This document shows, piece after piece, positions 6,989 through 15,333 of a stretch of 59,958 nucleotides of DNA. The stretch's first letter is position 1; every line of letters begins with the position of its first letter. The DNA lies in the IMG/VR virus record IMGVR_UViG_3300005584_000003, positions 1 through 59,958 of that record, one strand, 5' to 3'. The notes under the pieces were generated by a model. The model made no database searches. It was not told the DNA's origin and saw only the letters and a list, made by a program, of their open reading frames with translations. Made by a program: the position numbers and the translations under genes. This stretch comes from a virus (lineage: Duplodnaviria; Caudoviricetes).

Positions 6989-8529
6989 TCCGTTGTTAGC
7001 AGCAATCCAGCGATGCTAGCGGCGTTTTGCAGGGCATTTCTGGTGACTTTGGTAGGATCTACCACCCCGGCCTTCAATAGGTCCTCAATTTGACCCGTAG
7101 CCACGTTGTAGCCCATGTCCTGTGATGCAAGGGTTACGTCGCGGACAATGATCTGTTCGTCGACGCCAGCATTGCGGCACAGTTGGCGCAGCGGTGCTTC
7201 AATTGCGAGCATGACAATAGTGCGGCCAATGTCCTCATCGGGCGTCAGGTTGAGACAAAAAGCAGCATTGCTAGCGCGTATTAGGGCAATACCACCCCCC
7301 GCCACTATGCCCTCAGCCACAGCAGCCCGGGTTGCATGCAGCGCGTCCTCCACCCGGTCTTTCTTCTCACGCATTTCAGCTTCCGTAGGGGCGCCCACAC
7401 TGATAACAGCAATGCCACCCGACAGTTTGGCCAAACGACTAACAAAATGAGCCCGCTCAAAATCTGATTCCGAGCCCTTGACAAGTGAACGAATGTGAGC
7501 ACAGCGCGCTTCGACCTTTGCTTTATCGCCACTGCCCTTAACTATCGTAGTGCCATCCTCTTCTACCAAAATTCGAACAGCTGAACCAAGAGTTTTCTCA
7601 GTTACTGACTCAATTTTGTTAATTACATCATCAAAAACCAGCCCGCCCGTCATGACAGCAACGTCAGCAAGGATATCCGAGCGCAATTTGCCAAACGATG
7701 GGGATTTGATCACGGCAATATTGAGTTTGCCCCGTGATTTGTTCATGATAAGCGTATTAAGCGTCTCTGGATCAATGTCTTCGGCAATAATAAGCAGTGA
7801 TCGACCGTTAGATAGCTGGAGTGCAGGCAATATCTGAGAAATATTGGTGATCTTGCGCTCATAAATCAACACAAGCGCATCATCAAGAACGCATTGAGCT
7901 GTTTCTGCATTGGTTGCAAAGTGCGTACTAACATAACCACGATCTAATTGCATCCCTTCGACCACATCAAGCGTAGTTTCAATGGACTTGGCTTCTTCGA
8001 CCGTAATAGTACCGTCTTTGCCAACTCGCTCCATAGCATCAGCTATTAAATGACCAATCATTTCGTCCCAGTTGGCAGAAACGGTTGCTACTTGGCGGAT
8101 CTCTTCAGTGTTCTCAACGGGTTTGCTGATTTTTGCTAGATAGGCAACAGTTGCTTCAACCGTTTTATCAATTCCGCGTTTAATATGGACAGGACTGGCG
8201 CCACCATTGACCGCCTTTATGCCCTCCCGATAAATTGCTTCAGCCAAAACAGTAGCCGTGGTAGTGCCATCACCCGCAGCGTCTGAAGTTTTCATAGCAA
8301 CCTCTCGTACCAACTGGGCTCCTAAGTTTTCGTACTTGTCGGCCAGTTCAACTTCTTTGGCAACCGATACACCGTCCTTTGTTACGGTTGGCGGACCATA
8401 TGGCTTTTCAATAATAACATTACGGCCTTTAGGTCCAAGGGTTACAGCGACAGCGCGTGCAAGAGTTTGCACACCAGTCAGAATTTTAGCGCGAGCAGCG
8501 TCATTAAATAGCAATTGTTTAGCGGGCAT
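6925..8529 (-). CDS. groEL: phage-encoded chaperonin GroEL (Cpn60)
   Basis: [49 protein letters not shown]. Confidence 0.97.
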   Translation of the reverse strand: MPAKQLLFNDAARAKILTGVQTLARAVAVTLGPKGRNVIIEKPYGPPTVTKDGVSVAKEVELADKYENLGAQLVREVAMKTSDAAGDGTTTATVLAEAIYREGIKAVNGGASPVHIKRGIDKTVEATVAYLAKISKPVENTEEIRQVATVSANWDEMIGHLIADAMERVGKDGTITVEEAKSIETTLDVVEGMQLDRGYVSTHFATNAETAQCVLDDALVLIYERKITNISQILPALQLSNGRSLLIIAEDIDPETLNTLIMNKSRGKLNIAVIKSPSFGKLRSDILADVAVMTGGLVFDDVINKIESVTEKTLGSAVRILVEEDGTTIVKGSGDKAKVEARCAHIRSLVKGSESDFERAHFVSRLAKLSGGIAVISVGAPTEAEMREKKDRVEDALHATRAAVAEGIVAGGGIALIRASNAAFCLNLTPDEDIGRTIVMLAIEAPLRQLCRNAGVDEQIIVRDVTLASQDMGYNVATGQIEDLLKAGVVDPTKVTRNALQNAASIAGLLLTTECMIIIAPTNAPTEENPFRES

Positions 8530-8553
8530 AGTATTAAAAGAAAATAGTTATAA

Positions 8554-8889
8554 TTATTCAGTAAAAGGCACAATCATCGGGCGACGATAGTCAACAATGA
8601 CACCAGCGGCCCGGGCAATATTCTTATGGTCTTCAACATAGCGATGACACTCATGGCAAGTCGCTATCCATGTCTCTACTTTGTTGAGGCAAGGACCCCG
8701 TTTCTGCATGTGATGAATCTGGGTTGCCCGTTTTGTGCAAAGATGGATTGTGGGCATTTTTTTTGATACCTCGCACCACGGATGCTGTTGCAAGTAGATC
8801 TTCCTCAGTAAGGAATATCGGGATAGAGCCGCCCTGTGTTTCGTGCTGATAGGAGAGAGTCTCCCGTTCTTTTTCTTTGAGTTTTCCAC
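8554..8889 (-). CDS. HNH endonuclease-like protein
   Basis: HPWCE...ATQIHH...RG..LN....W...CHECH; start uncertain (GTG 8889). Confidence 0.7.
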   Translation of the reverse strand: MENSKKKNGRLSPISTKHRAALSRYSLLRKIYLQQHPWCEVSKKMPTIHLCTKRATQIHHMQKRGPCLNKVETWIATCHECHRYVEDHKNIARAAGVIVDYRRPMIVPFTE

Positions 8890-9181
8890 GGTATGTTGGT
8901 TTGGTATTAGCAGGCAATTGCGGATTATCCCAGTCTTTAATGATGGCGCCTTTGCGAATGGCGCGTTCCCGGAATACAGGAGTGCATAAATAATAAGGCA
9001 GGCTTTCACCATCTTGGCGCCATAGCCATGTTTTACCCCGAATATTGTTCCAGAACTCAGACATCTCTTCAAAGGAACGATCCGACCACAAACGACACCA
9101 TTGATAATCCCATCGACGAGCTATTTCAAGCAGTCCCTCTTGCTCGGGTTGCCAACGGAAAACATGTCCGACGTATATCAT
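8651..9181 (-). CDS. DUF4031-like protein
   Basis: IYV...W...WC.L.SD.S.EE...F...Y......R.RA...GA resembles DUF4031; the C-terminal part overlaps the HNH gene. Confidence 0.5.
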   Translation of the reverse strand: MIYVGHVFRWQPEQEGLLEIARRWDYQWCRLWSDRSFEEMSEFWNNIRGKTWLWRQDGESLPYYLCTPVFRERAIRKGAIIKDWDNPQLPANTKPTYRGKLKEKERETLSYQHETQGGSIPIFLTEEDLLATASVVRGIKKNAHNPSLHKTGNPDSSHAETGSLPQQSRDMDSDLP

Positions 9182-9534
9182 GATTTATAGGAGATGGCGT
9201 AGCGCACAAGATGGTAGGGAAGGTTCATATCGTTGCAAATGTCCTTGATCGGTGTTTTGCGAATGCGAGCTTCTTTAATAATTTTAATAATATTAAAAGT
9301 TAAAGTAGGATTATACGGTTTGTAAGGCTGATTCTTTATTAAACCATCAGTCCTAGCTTTAGCGACTAATTGCTGAATTTCTTCTTTATTAAAAAAAACC
9401 TTTTCAGTTTCTTTAACTGGTTCTATTTTTTCAAATTTAGATTCAAAATATCTAAGGCAGGAGTGTCTTTCAGTTTGAGAAGAGTTGTATAGCGTCATGC
9501 CAAACATATCCGGGTATTTTAATGCGCTTGACAA
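9178..9534 (-). CDS. hypothetical protein, possible C-terminal HTH
   Basis: PIKDICNDMNLPYHLVRY; start uncertain. Confidence 0.55.
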   Translation of the reverse strand: MSSALKYPDMFGMTLYNSSQTERHSCLRYFESKFEKIEPVKETEKVFFNKEEIQQLVAKARTDGLIKNQPYKPYNPTLTFNIIKIIKEARIRKTPIKDICNDMNLPYHLVRYAISYKS

Positions 9535-9581
9535 GATAAAAATGTAACTGGAGGTATATTAACGTGAAAGGAATCGATACA

Positions 9582-10385
9582 ATGCCAAAGGGCCCCGTAA
9601 ATTGGGACTACAAATTTGATATTGTTTATTACACCGCGCCACTTGGTGGAAGATATCGAGCAATCATTGAAGACAGGTTAAAATCCGGGATCCCCGCAAG
9701 TATGGCTGGTGATGGACTACCGATTGCGTTCAGTACCGTCAGAACTATTGCAATGTTAATAAGGATTAACAGATCTCACGCAAAATACGAAAATTTTAGG
9801 ATTGGAGATAACTCTATGAACGCATATGACGTTGTAGAGCACTACTTAATAAACAATTTAAGCATGATGGACATTGGGAAGAAGGCTGGGTGCAGCGAAG
9901 GAAAGATAAAAAAGATCTTAATGGCTATGGGCGTTGAAAATCTGCGAGCTTATCGAAAAGGAAAACGCACAAAACGTCAGCAACGGGCTGATAAACCTAC
10001 AAATATGGAGGTTAATAAAAAATGGAAACCTCAGCGTAACGTTTTTTTAGCAAAATGGAGACAAAAGTACTGGCACAAATACGGAAAAGCATACGAAGAA
10101 GTAGCAAAGGGTGCGACAATAAAGCAAACATGCAAAAAACACGGAGTTGATATTAATTTAGCCTATTATCATTTTAAACGGTTACAGATAAATCAATTGG
10201 CCTATCTTGATTGGGGGCAAAAGAGGGCAATGCCTATCTATATTTCAAAGGCTAGGCTTAAACAATGGGAATACGTGGCAAAATTAAGTCACAATAGTGT
10301 GCTTGACTGGGCTCTGCATACGTTAAATGCTATAGCCGATAGGGAAGACAACATGAACGACTCCGTTAGAACCAACAACGCTTAA
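9582..10385 (+). CDS. multi-HTH DNA-binding protein
   Basis: SMMDIGKKAGCSEGKIKKIL and TIKQTCKKHGVD HTH-like segments. Confidence 0.6.
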   Translation: MPKGPVNWDYKFDIVYYTAPLGGRYRAIIEDRLKSGIPASMAGDGLPIAFSTVRTIAMLIRINRSHAKYENFRIGDNSMNAYDVVEHYLINNLSMMDIGKKAGCSEGKIKKILMAMGVENLRAYRKGKRTKRQQRADKPTNMEVNKKWKPQRNVFLAKWRQKYWHKYGKAYEEVAKGATIKQTCKKHGVDINLAYYHFKRLQINQLAYLDWGQKRAMPIYISKARLKQWEYVAKLSHNSVLDWALHTLNAIADREDNMNDSVRTNNA

Positions 10386-10386
10386 C

Positions 10387-11085
10387 ATGCCAGAGATAAA
10401 CGACGATAACATACAGGATAATCCGCCAGACATGCCGGTTAGCCGCACGCAGCGCACGCCAGAACAGAAAGCCGTGCTTCATTCGCAGGCATTTGACATG
10501 TACATGAATGATCCCCGCCATCTTAATGCGGTACAGATCGCTAGGGAGCTTAAAATGGAGCCAGCGGCTCTGCTACGGTATGCCCAGAACAAGGGATGGG
10601 AGCAATTGCGCTTACAACAGCGGTCAATTATTAGCACGGTACAAAACGAACGTCGTCTTTCAACCGCAAAACGTGTAGATGAGCGTATTGTAGAGGCCGC
10701 TGATGAGGCAATTAAGGTCGCATCGGGCACATATTTGGACATTATTAACAAGATTGGCAACATGCCGTTAGATCCATTGTTAATTCCTGATGATGAACTT
10801 GATAAAGACGACCACGGTAACGTAAAAAGACGCCCAAAAAGAGCAAAATTACTAGAGGAAAAAGTGTTTTTATTAAATCAAGCTATGGATGGCTTTATGA
10901 AAATGTCATCTGGAGCCCAAGGCATAGGTCTTGTCTTAAACAACAAGGGCATTGACGGTAAAAGCACTAGCGATGACTTGCAAAAGCTAACGCAATTGAA
11001 TGTTTTGCTTCTAAATATTCAAAAGGGCAAAGGGGATTCGGCAATAAAAGCTGTAACCGAAATAACCGGTGAATTAATCGCATAA
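10387..11085 (+). CDS. putative terminase small subunit
   Basis: N-terminal HTH (QIARELKM..AALLRYA...GW), helical, upstream of TerL. Confidence 0.6.
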   Translation: MPEINDDNIQDNPPDMPVSRTQRTPEQKAVLHSQAFDMYMNDPRHLNAVQIARELKMEPAALLRYAQNKGWEQLRLQQRSIISTVQNERRLSTAKRVDERIVEAADEAIKVASGTYLDIINKIGNMPLDPLLIPDDELDKDDHGNVKRRPKRAKLLEEKVFLLNQAMDGFMKMSSGAQGIGLVLNNKGIDGKSTSDDLQKLTQLNVLLLNIQKGKGDSAIKAVTEITGELIA

Positions 11086-11087
11086 CA

Positions 11088-11327
11088 ATGAGCAAACAAA
11101 ACATGAAAGTTATAATTAAAAAGCTATCTCGGCAACGGCGTTGGCAAAATAAACGACTTGCAGACGGTAAATGCGTCCGTTGCGGAGCATCAAGAACCCT
11201 CTATGCTCAACGTTGTGATGAATGTCAGGCAGAAGAAACCAAACGATCCCGAGAAAAGAATGGATGCGGTGAATGGAAGGCCGGTGGCCGTGGCAGAAAG
11301 CCAAAGTGCAACCAAATTGCCGCATGA
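11088..11327 (+). CDS. small zinc-finger protein
   Basis: CVRCG...CDEC; basic. Confidence 0.65.
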   Translation: MSKQNMKVIIKKLSRQRRWQNKRLADGKCVRCGASRTLYAQRCDECQAEETKRSREKNGCGEWKAGGRGRKPKCNQIAA

Positions 11328-13309
11328 CGGGACCGGAAAAACATAGTTTGGTTCAGATAAACAGGAATTTAGAGTACGCTAAAGACCCGCATAGCCCTGA
11401 TCGGTTCAAATATCTTACCGATGCAATCTATGGCATTCTTGGGGATCCGGTTTTTGCCGATATTCTAAAGAAAAATGATAAACAAATACAATTAACGTCT
11501 GAATTGGATTTATACGGTATTGCTTTTACGTACTTGCGAATGTTTTTGATGCGTAGAGACTATGAATCAGCAGCAACTTTGCTTTGGGGAGAGGAGACAT
11601 TCACGTATGAGCCAAGATCGGTAAAAATGGTGTGGAATGGCATCATGAATAACCATTTACTCAATATTCTTGGGGCCGCATCAATGGGTAAAACCTATTC
11701 AGCGTCTGCATGGATGCTTTTAGATTGGGTTCTTGATCCCGATTGGACTTTGGTGCGGGTAATGTCTACAAAAGAAGAGCATGTTAAAAAGAATCTTTTT
11801 GGTGATATGCAACGTTTGTATCAAAACGCTGTTATTCCCCTTCCCGGTAAAGCCGATAGTGAATCTATTGCTACCGAACAAGGAAAACGCGGTGGTATGG
11901 GTATATTTATTTTAACTATTTCACGTGGTACAGAAGCAAGAGGCGCCATCAAGGGCGCTAAAATAAAACCAAGACCGGCGCATCCATTATTTGGAACGTC
12001 GTCAAGATCAAGATTGTTAATTGATGAAGCTCAGGAGGTTCCAGCGAATGCTTTTGAAGAAATACCCAATTTGTATTCGTCTATGGAAGAAGGTGATATA
12101 GAACACACCAAAATCGTAATGGCGGCTAATCCAAAAGACCCTTATTCAGAGTATGGAAAGAATTGTACTCCTGAAAAAGGATGGGAAGACATACAAACAA
12201 TTGATTCTGTCACCGATTTATGGACCAGTACGACTGGTTGGTCATGCGTAAGATTAAACGCAATGAAATCGGAGAATGTTATTAACAAACAAGACGTGTA
12301 TAAACGGTTTTTTACTTGGAATGGATTCAAGATGAAACTTCGTCAATACAACGGAGATCCCGATCACCCAATGATGTGGTCAGAAGTCTATGGCATGTTC
12401 CCGCCAAAGGGTAATAAATCGGCCATTATTCAAAAACACTGGGTTGATCGTAATTATGGTGAATGGATATTTGATGGACCAACTCAAACGATAGCAGCCC
12501 TTGATCCAGCGTACACGGGAGATATGCCAGCAATGGCTACGGGCAGGGCTGGACATGCTGTTGCATGGAGAACGTCCGATGGCGTAAGACATGACCTTAA
12601 ACTGTCGGGAATGAGGATACAAATAGACGCTGTTGGCATATTACCGCACGGCGACACTCAAGATCTTGCAGATGAAACAATGAGCCGGTTAAAAGAACTT
12701 GGGGTTGCCCCCGAAAACTTTGCTATTGATAGAACGGGTATTGGCCAAGGAACACACGACAATATACGTCGACAATGGCATCAAAAAGTCATGGGTGCGT
12801 CCCAGACAAGATCAACAGATTCGGTGTCTATTATGGGCATCAACTATGCTGAATCAGCTACGGAATTTACTATCTGCCAAGAAGATACAAAAACGCCCAA
12901 ACAATTATATGACGGTGTAAGGTCAGAAGTATGGTATGCAACCGGACGGTTTTTTGAGTACGATTACGTCAAAATAGGCGCCGGGGTTGATCTTGATAGC
13001 ATACAAGAGCTAGTAGATCGCAGGGGTGGCTCACCAGTAGGTAAAGGCAAATTGCTACAGGTCGAAAGCAAAGACAGTTATAAGTCGCGGGGTAACCACA
13101 GTCCCGACAGAGCAGATGCCGTAACCATGCTGGTGCAGTGCGCGCGTATAAGTGTTAGTATAAAGCCAATATCACCTGATTCTCCACCTGTGGAAGAGGC
13201 ACCAACCCTGTCAGAAATGTCAGGATCTTTTAGCATGAAAATGGGGGAACCAGTAAACCTTGGATTTAATTACAAGTTACCCGCAGAGCTTAATATTAAC
13301 AAAGACTAA
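11324..13309 (+). CDS. terL: terminase large subunit
   Basis: Walker A GAASMGKT, Walker B LLIDEAQE, coupling motif AANP, nuclease motifs ALDPA and SPDRADA. Confidence 0.9.
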   Translation: MTGPEKHSLVQINRNLEYAKDPHSPDRFKYLTDAIYGILGDPVFADILKKNDKQIQLTSELDLYGIAFTYLRMFLMRRDYESAATLLWGEETFTYEPRSVKMVWNGIMNNHLLNILGAASMGKTYSASAWMLLDWVLDPDWTLVRVMSTKEEHVKKNLFGDMQRLYQNAVIPLPGKADSESIATEQGKRGGMGIFILTISRGTEARGAIKGAKIKPRPAHPLFGTSSRSRLLIDEAQEVPANAFEEIPNLYSSMEEGDIEHTKIVMAANPKDPYSEYGKNCTPEKGWEDIQTIDSVTDLWTSTTGWSCVRLNAMKSENVINKQDVYKRFFTWNGFKMKLRQYNGDPDHPMMWSEVYGMFPPKGNKSAIIQKHWVDRNYGEWIFDGPTQTIAALDPAYTGDMPAMATGRAGHAVAWRTSDGVRHDLKLSGMRIQIDAVGILPHGDTQDLADETMSRLKELGVAPENFAIDRTGIGQGTHDNIRRQWHQKVMGASQTRSTDSVSIMGINYAESATEFTICQEDTKTPKQLYDGVRSEVWYATGRFFEYDYVKIGAGVDLDSIQELVDRRGGSPVGKGKLLQVESKDSYKSRGNHSPDRADAVTMLVQCARISVSIKPISPDSPPVEEAPTLSEMSGSFSMKMGEPVNLGFNYKLPAELNINKD

Positions 13310-13311
13310 TT

Positions 13312-13905
13312 ATGAAGATTAACAAAGGCATGATTCCTCCAAACGGCTATCATTTTCCAATAGCTGAAGGAGTTAGATTAAATGCGGCAACATATGATCT
13401 TTTAATTGAATTAATACAAACTTGGAGAACACAAAGCGGCATTCCAATTGGAGACGCTCACAAAGATGTTGATGATTACGTGTGCGCAAAATGGCCGAAT
13501 GCCTGCCAACCTGAGTCGCATGAATACCCTAGCCAACCACCTCAAAACACAATGTTACGCCGGGTTAATGGTTGGGCCGCTATAATGATGCGAAATCTAC
13601 CAAGGGGTGGGTATGAACTCGTTGATCAGGGTACGGCTACCGAGAGGGCCGCAACGTGCAGCGACTGTCCCTTTAAAAAAGCATGGAGAAGTGAATGTAA
13701 TGCGTGCATGGTTTCCACAGATGCGGTATTGTCTAGGGTCAGGCAGTTGCGTAAAATTACGCTTGACGATTCATGCTTGGGATGTTCCATAAATGGATTC
13801 GACAACAAAACTGCTATTCACATGCCTATTTCTTCTTTAAATATACCTGAAGAACAAAAAAATAAACTACCACAAAACTGCTGGATTAAAAAATCAACCT
13901 CATAA
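13312..13905 (+). CDS. Cys-rich hypothetical protein
   Basis: PP.G N-terminus, RA..C..CP, C..C, P..CW. Confidence 0.75.
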   Translation: MKINKGMIPPNGYHFPIAEGVRLNAATYDLLIELIQTWRTQSGIPIGDAHKDVDDYVCAKWPNACQPESHEYPSQPPQNTMLRRVNGWAAIMMRNLPRGGYELVDQGTATERAATCSDCPFKKAWRSECNACMVSTDAVLSRVRQLRKITLDDSCLGCSINGFDNKTAIHMPISSLNIPEEQKNKLPQNCWIKKSTS

Positions 13906-13909
13906 TAAT

Positions 13910-14137
13910 ATGCCTATTCGCTCTAAAGCCCAACAACGTTATATTTTTTCGCAAGCTCAAGGTGGTTCCGCAGGCGGCGGTTCTTCAAACCCCCTTACAA
14001 ATCCAGCGTCTAAAATGACCCCGGAGCGCGCTCAACCAAAGGGCACGTATAAAAACAAACCAGTCAAAGGTTTTAAACGTAAAGTTAAACCAATGTCTGT
14101 TTTATCTAGTTATGACGATACATATCCAACCATGTGA
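13910..14137 (+). CDS. small basic protein
   Basis: MP..SKAQ.R N-terminus, recalled from small phage proteins. Confidence 0.65.
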   Translation: MPIRSKAQQRYIFSQAQGGSAGGGSSNPLTNPASKMTPERAQPKGTYKNKPVKGFKRKVKPMSVLSSYDDTYPTM

Positions 14138-14406
14138 AAACCGTTTCTCCAAAACCATTTGGTAGAACTAAAGATTCTTGGTCGCAAGAAGGGGAAAAGA
14201 TTAAAAACACTGAGTCTTATTTTAACGGATACGACAAAGCGTTTAAAGATCGTCAACCCGCTCACGGACACACTAAAATTATTTACACTAACGGTAAAAG
14301 ATATGTTGTTCCAAATTCTTCAACAAACGGAGAAGAAAACACAGCGGCAATGGACAAGTTTATATTTGAAACGGGCGGTTTAACAATTAAAGCACAAACA
14401 CTATGA
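14134..14406 (+). CDS. hypothetical protein
   Basis: translationally coupled ORF. Confidence 0.6.
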   Translation: MKTVSPKPFGRTKDSWSQEGEKIKNTESYFNGYDKAFKDRQPAHGHTKIIYTNGKRYVVPNSSTNGEENTAAMDKFIFETGGLTIKAQTL

Positions 14407-14732
14407 GCGAAAATGATGCAGGCGCACAAGATATCCCGGAAAAGAAAATATCTGTTTTATGCGCACCGGTTTTAACATTTACGCAAGCCGACGCAGATCA
14501 TGTTTCTGGATTATGCCCTGTTGAATATGTCGATGGTAAGAGCAATATTGTTATTGTTGTTCCCGCCCTTAGCAAAGAAATGATCAATGATAGAAAAGGT
14601 CAGCTCCATATTGTTCATTTAGTTAAAGATTTAGTGACTGATGAAGAGAAAGTTGTTGGAGAATGGCAGGTATTTGTTCCTATTGATCAAACGATAAACA
14701 AAAATATTTTCTACGTTAAACTAGCGTTATGA
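14403..14732 (+). CDS. hypothetical protein
   Basis: translationally coupled ORF. Confidence 0.65.
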   Translation: MSENDAGAQDIPEKKISVLCAPVLTFTQADADHVSGLCPVEYVDGKSNIVIVVPALSKEMINDRKGQLHIVHLVKDLVTDEEKVVGEWQVFVPIDQTINKNIFYVKLAL

Positions 14733-15076
14733 TCCCACGCAGAGCTAACGGAATTGATGCATCTATCCCTGTAGGTACGGGTCAGTTACCAACAATCCCC
14801 GATAAGGCATTGGCAGCTGCTGTCACATTAGATGATGTTACGATTCCAGCAGGTTCTAATATTTTACTTAGTGCTTCGCTTTCAGAAAACAAAACGTCTC
14901 TTTATCCATTAATTATGGAAGGTTTACAGGTATTTCAAAAAGCTTGTAAAAAAACATCTGTTTCTGAGAACGTTATTCGTATATTAATTGAACGAAAGTT
15001 GATTGTTCAATCTGGCGATTATTGCGTAACCAGCGAAAAAGGCTTAACTTACTTAATCGACTTTGGAATCCTGTGA
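14729..15076 (+). CDS. hypothetical protein, possible winged helix
   Basis: LIERKLI......Y.VT.KG..YL. Confidence 0.6.
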   Translation: MIPRRANGIDASIPVGTGQLPTIPDKALAAAVTLDDVTIPAGSNILLSASLSENKTSLYPLIMEGLQVFQKACKKTSVSENVIRILIERKLIVQSGDYCVTSEKGLTYLIDFGIL

Positions 15077-15312
15077 TTATTAAGTGGAAAAGTCCTATAA
15101 TTTTTTTGACCGCTTTATGGCGTGTTATTAAACAAAAATTCCACGGCAACATCGTTATTTTACCGCCCCATATGATCGATATTCGCCTTGAAGCCTGTTC
15201 AATGTGTTACCGCAATTACGACGGTCAATGCCTTGAGTGTGCGTGCTTCATTTCGATTAAAAGCTTGTTGAAAACAGAAAAGTGCCCTATCGGACGCTGG
15301 CCTGAGACATAA
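15073..15312 (+). CDS. small Cys-rich protein
   Basis: RL..C..C......C..C.CF...K......CP..RW. Confidence 0.65.
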   Translation: MIIKWKSPIIFLTALWRVIKQKFHGNIVILPPHMIDIRLEACSMCYRNYDGQCLECACFISIKSLLKTEKCPIGRWPET

Positions 15313-15333
15313 ATCTTTGGTATAGTAAGCAAT
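15298..15333 (+). promoter_or_regulatory. leaderless promoter for portal
   Basis: TGG-TATAGT-N7-ATG; weak -35 TGGCCT at N17. Confidence 0.55.
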
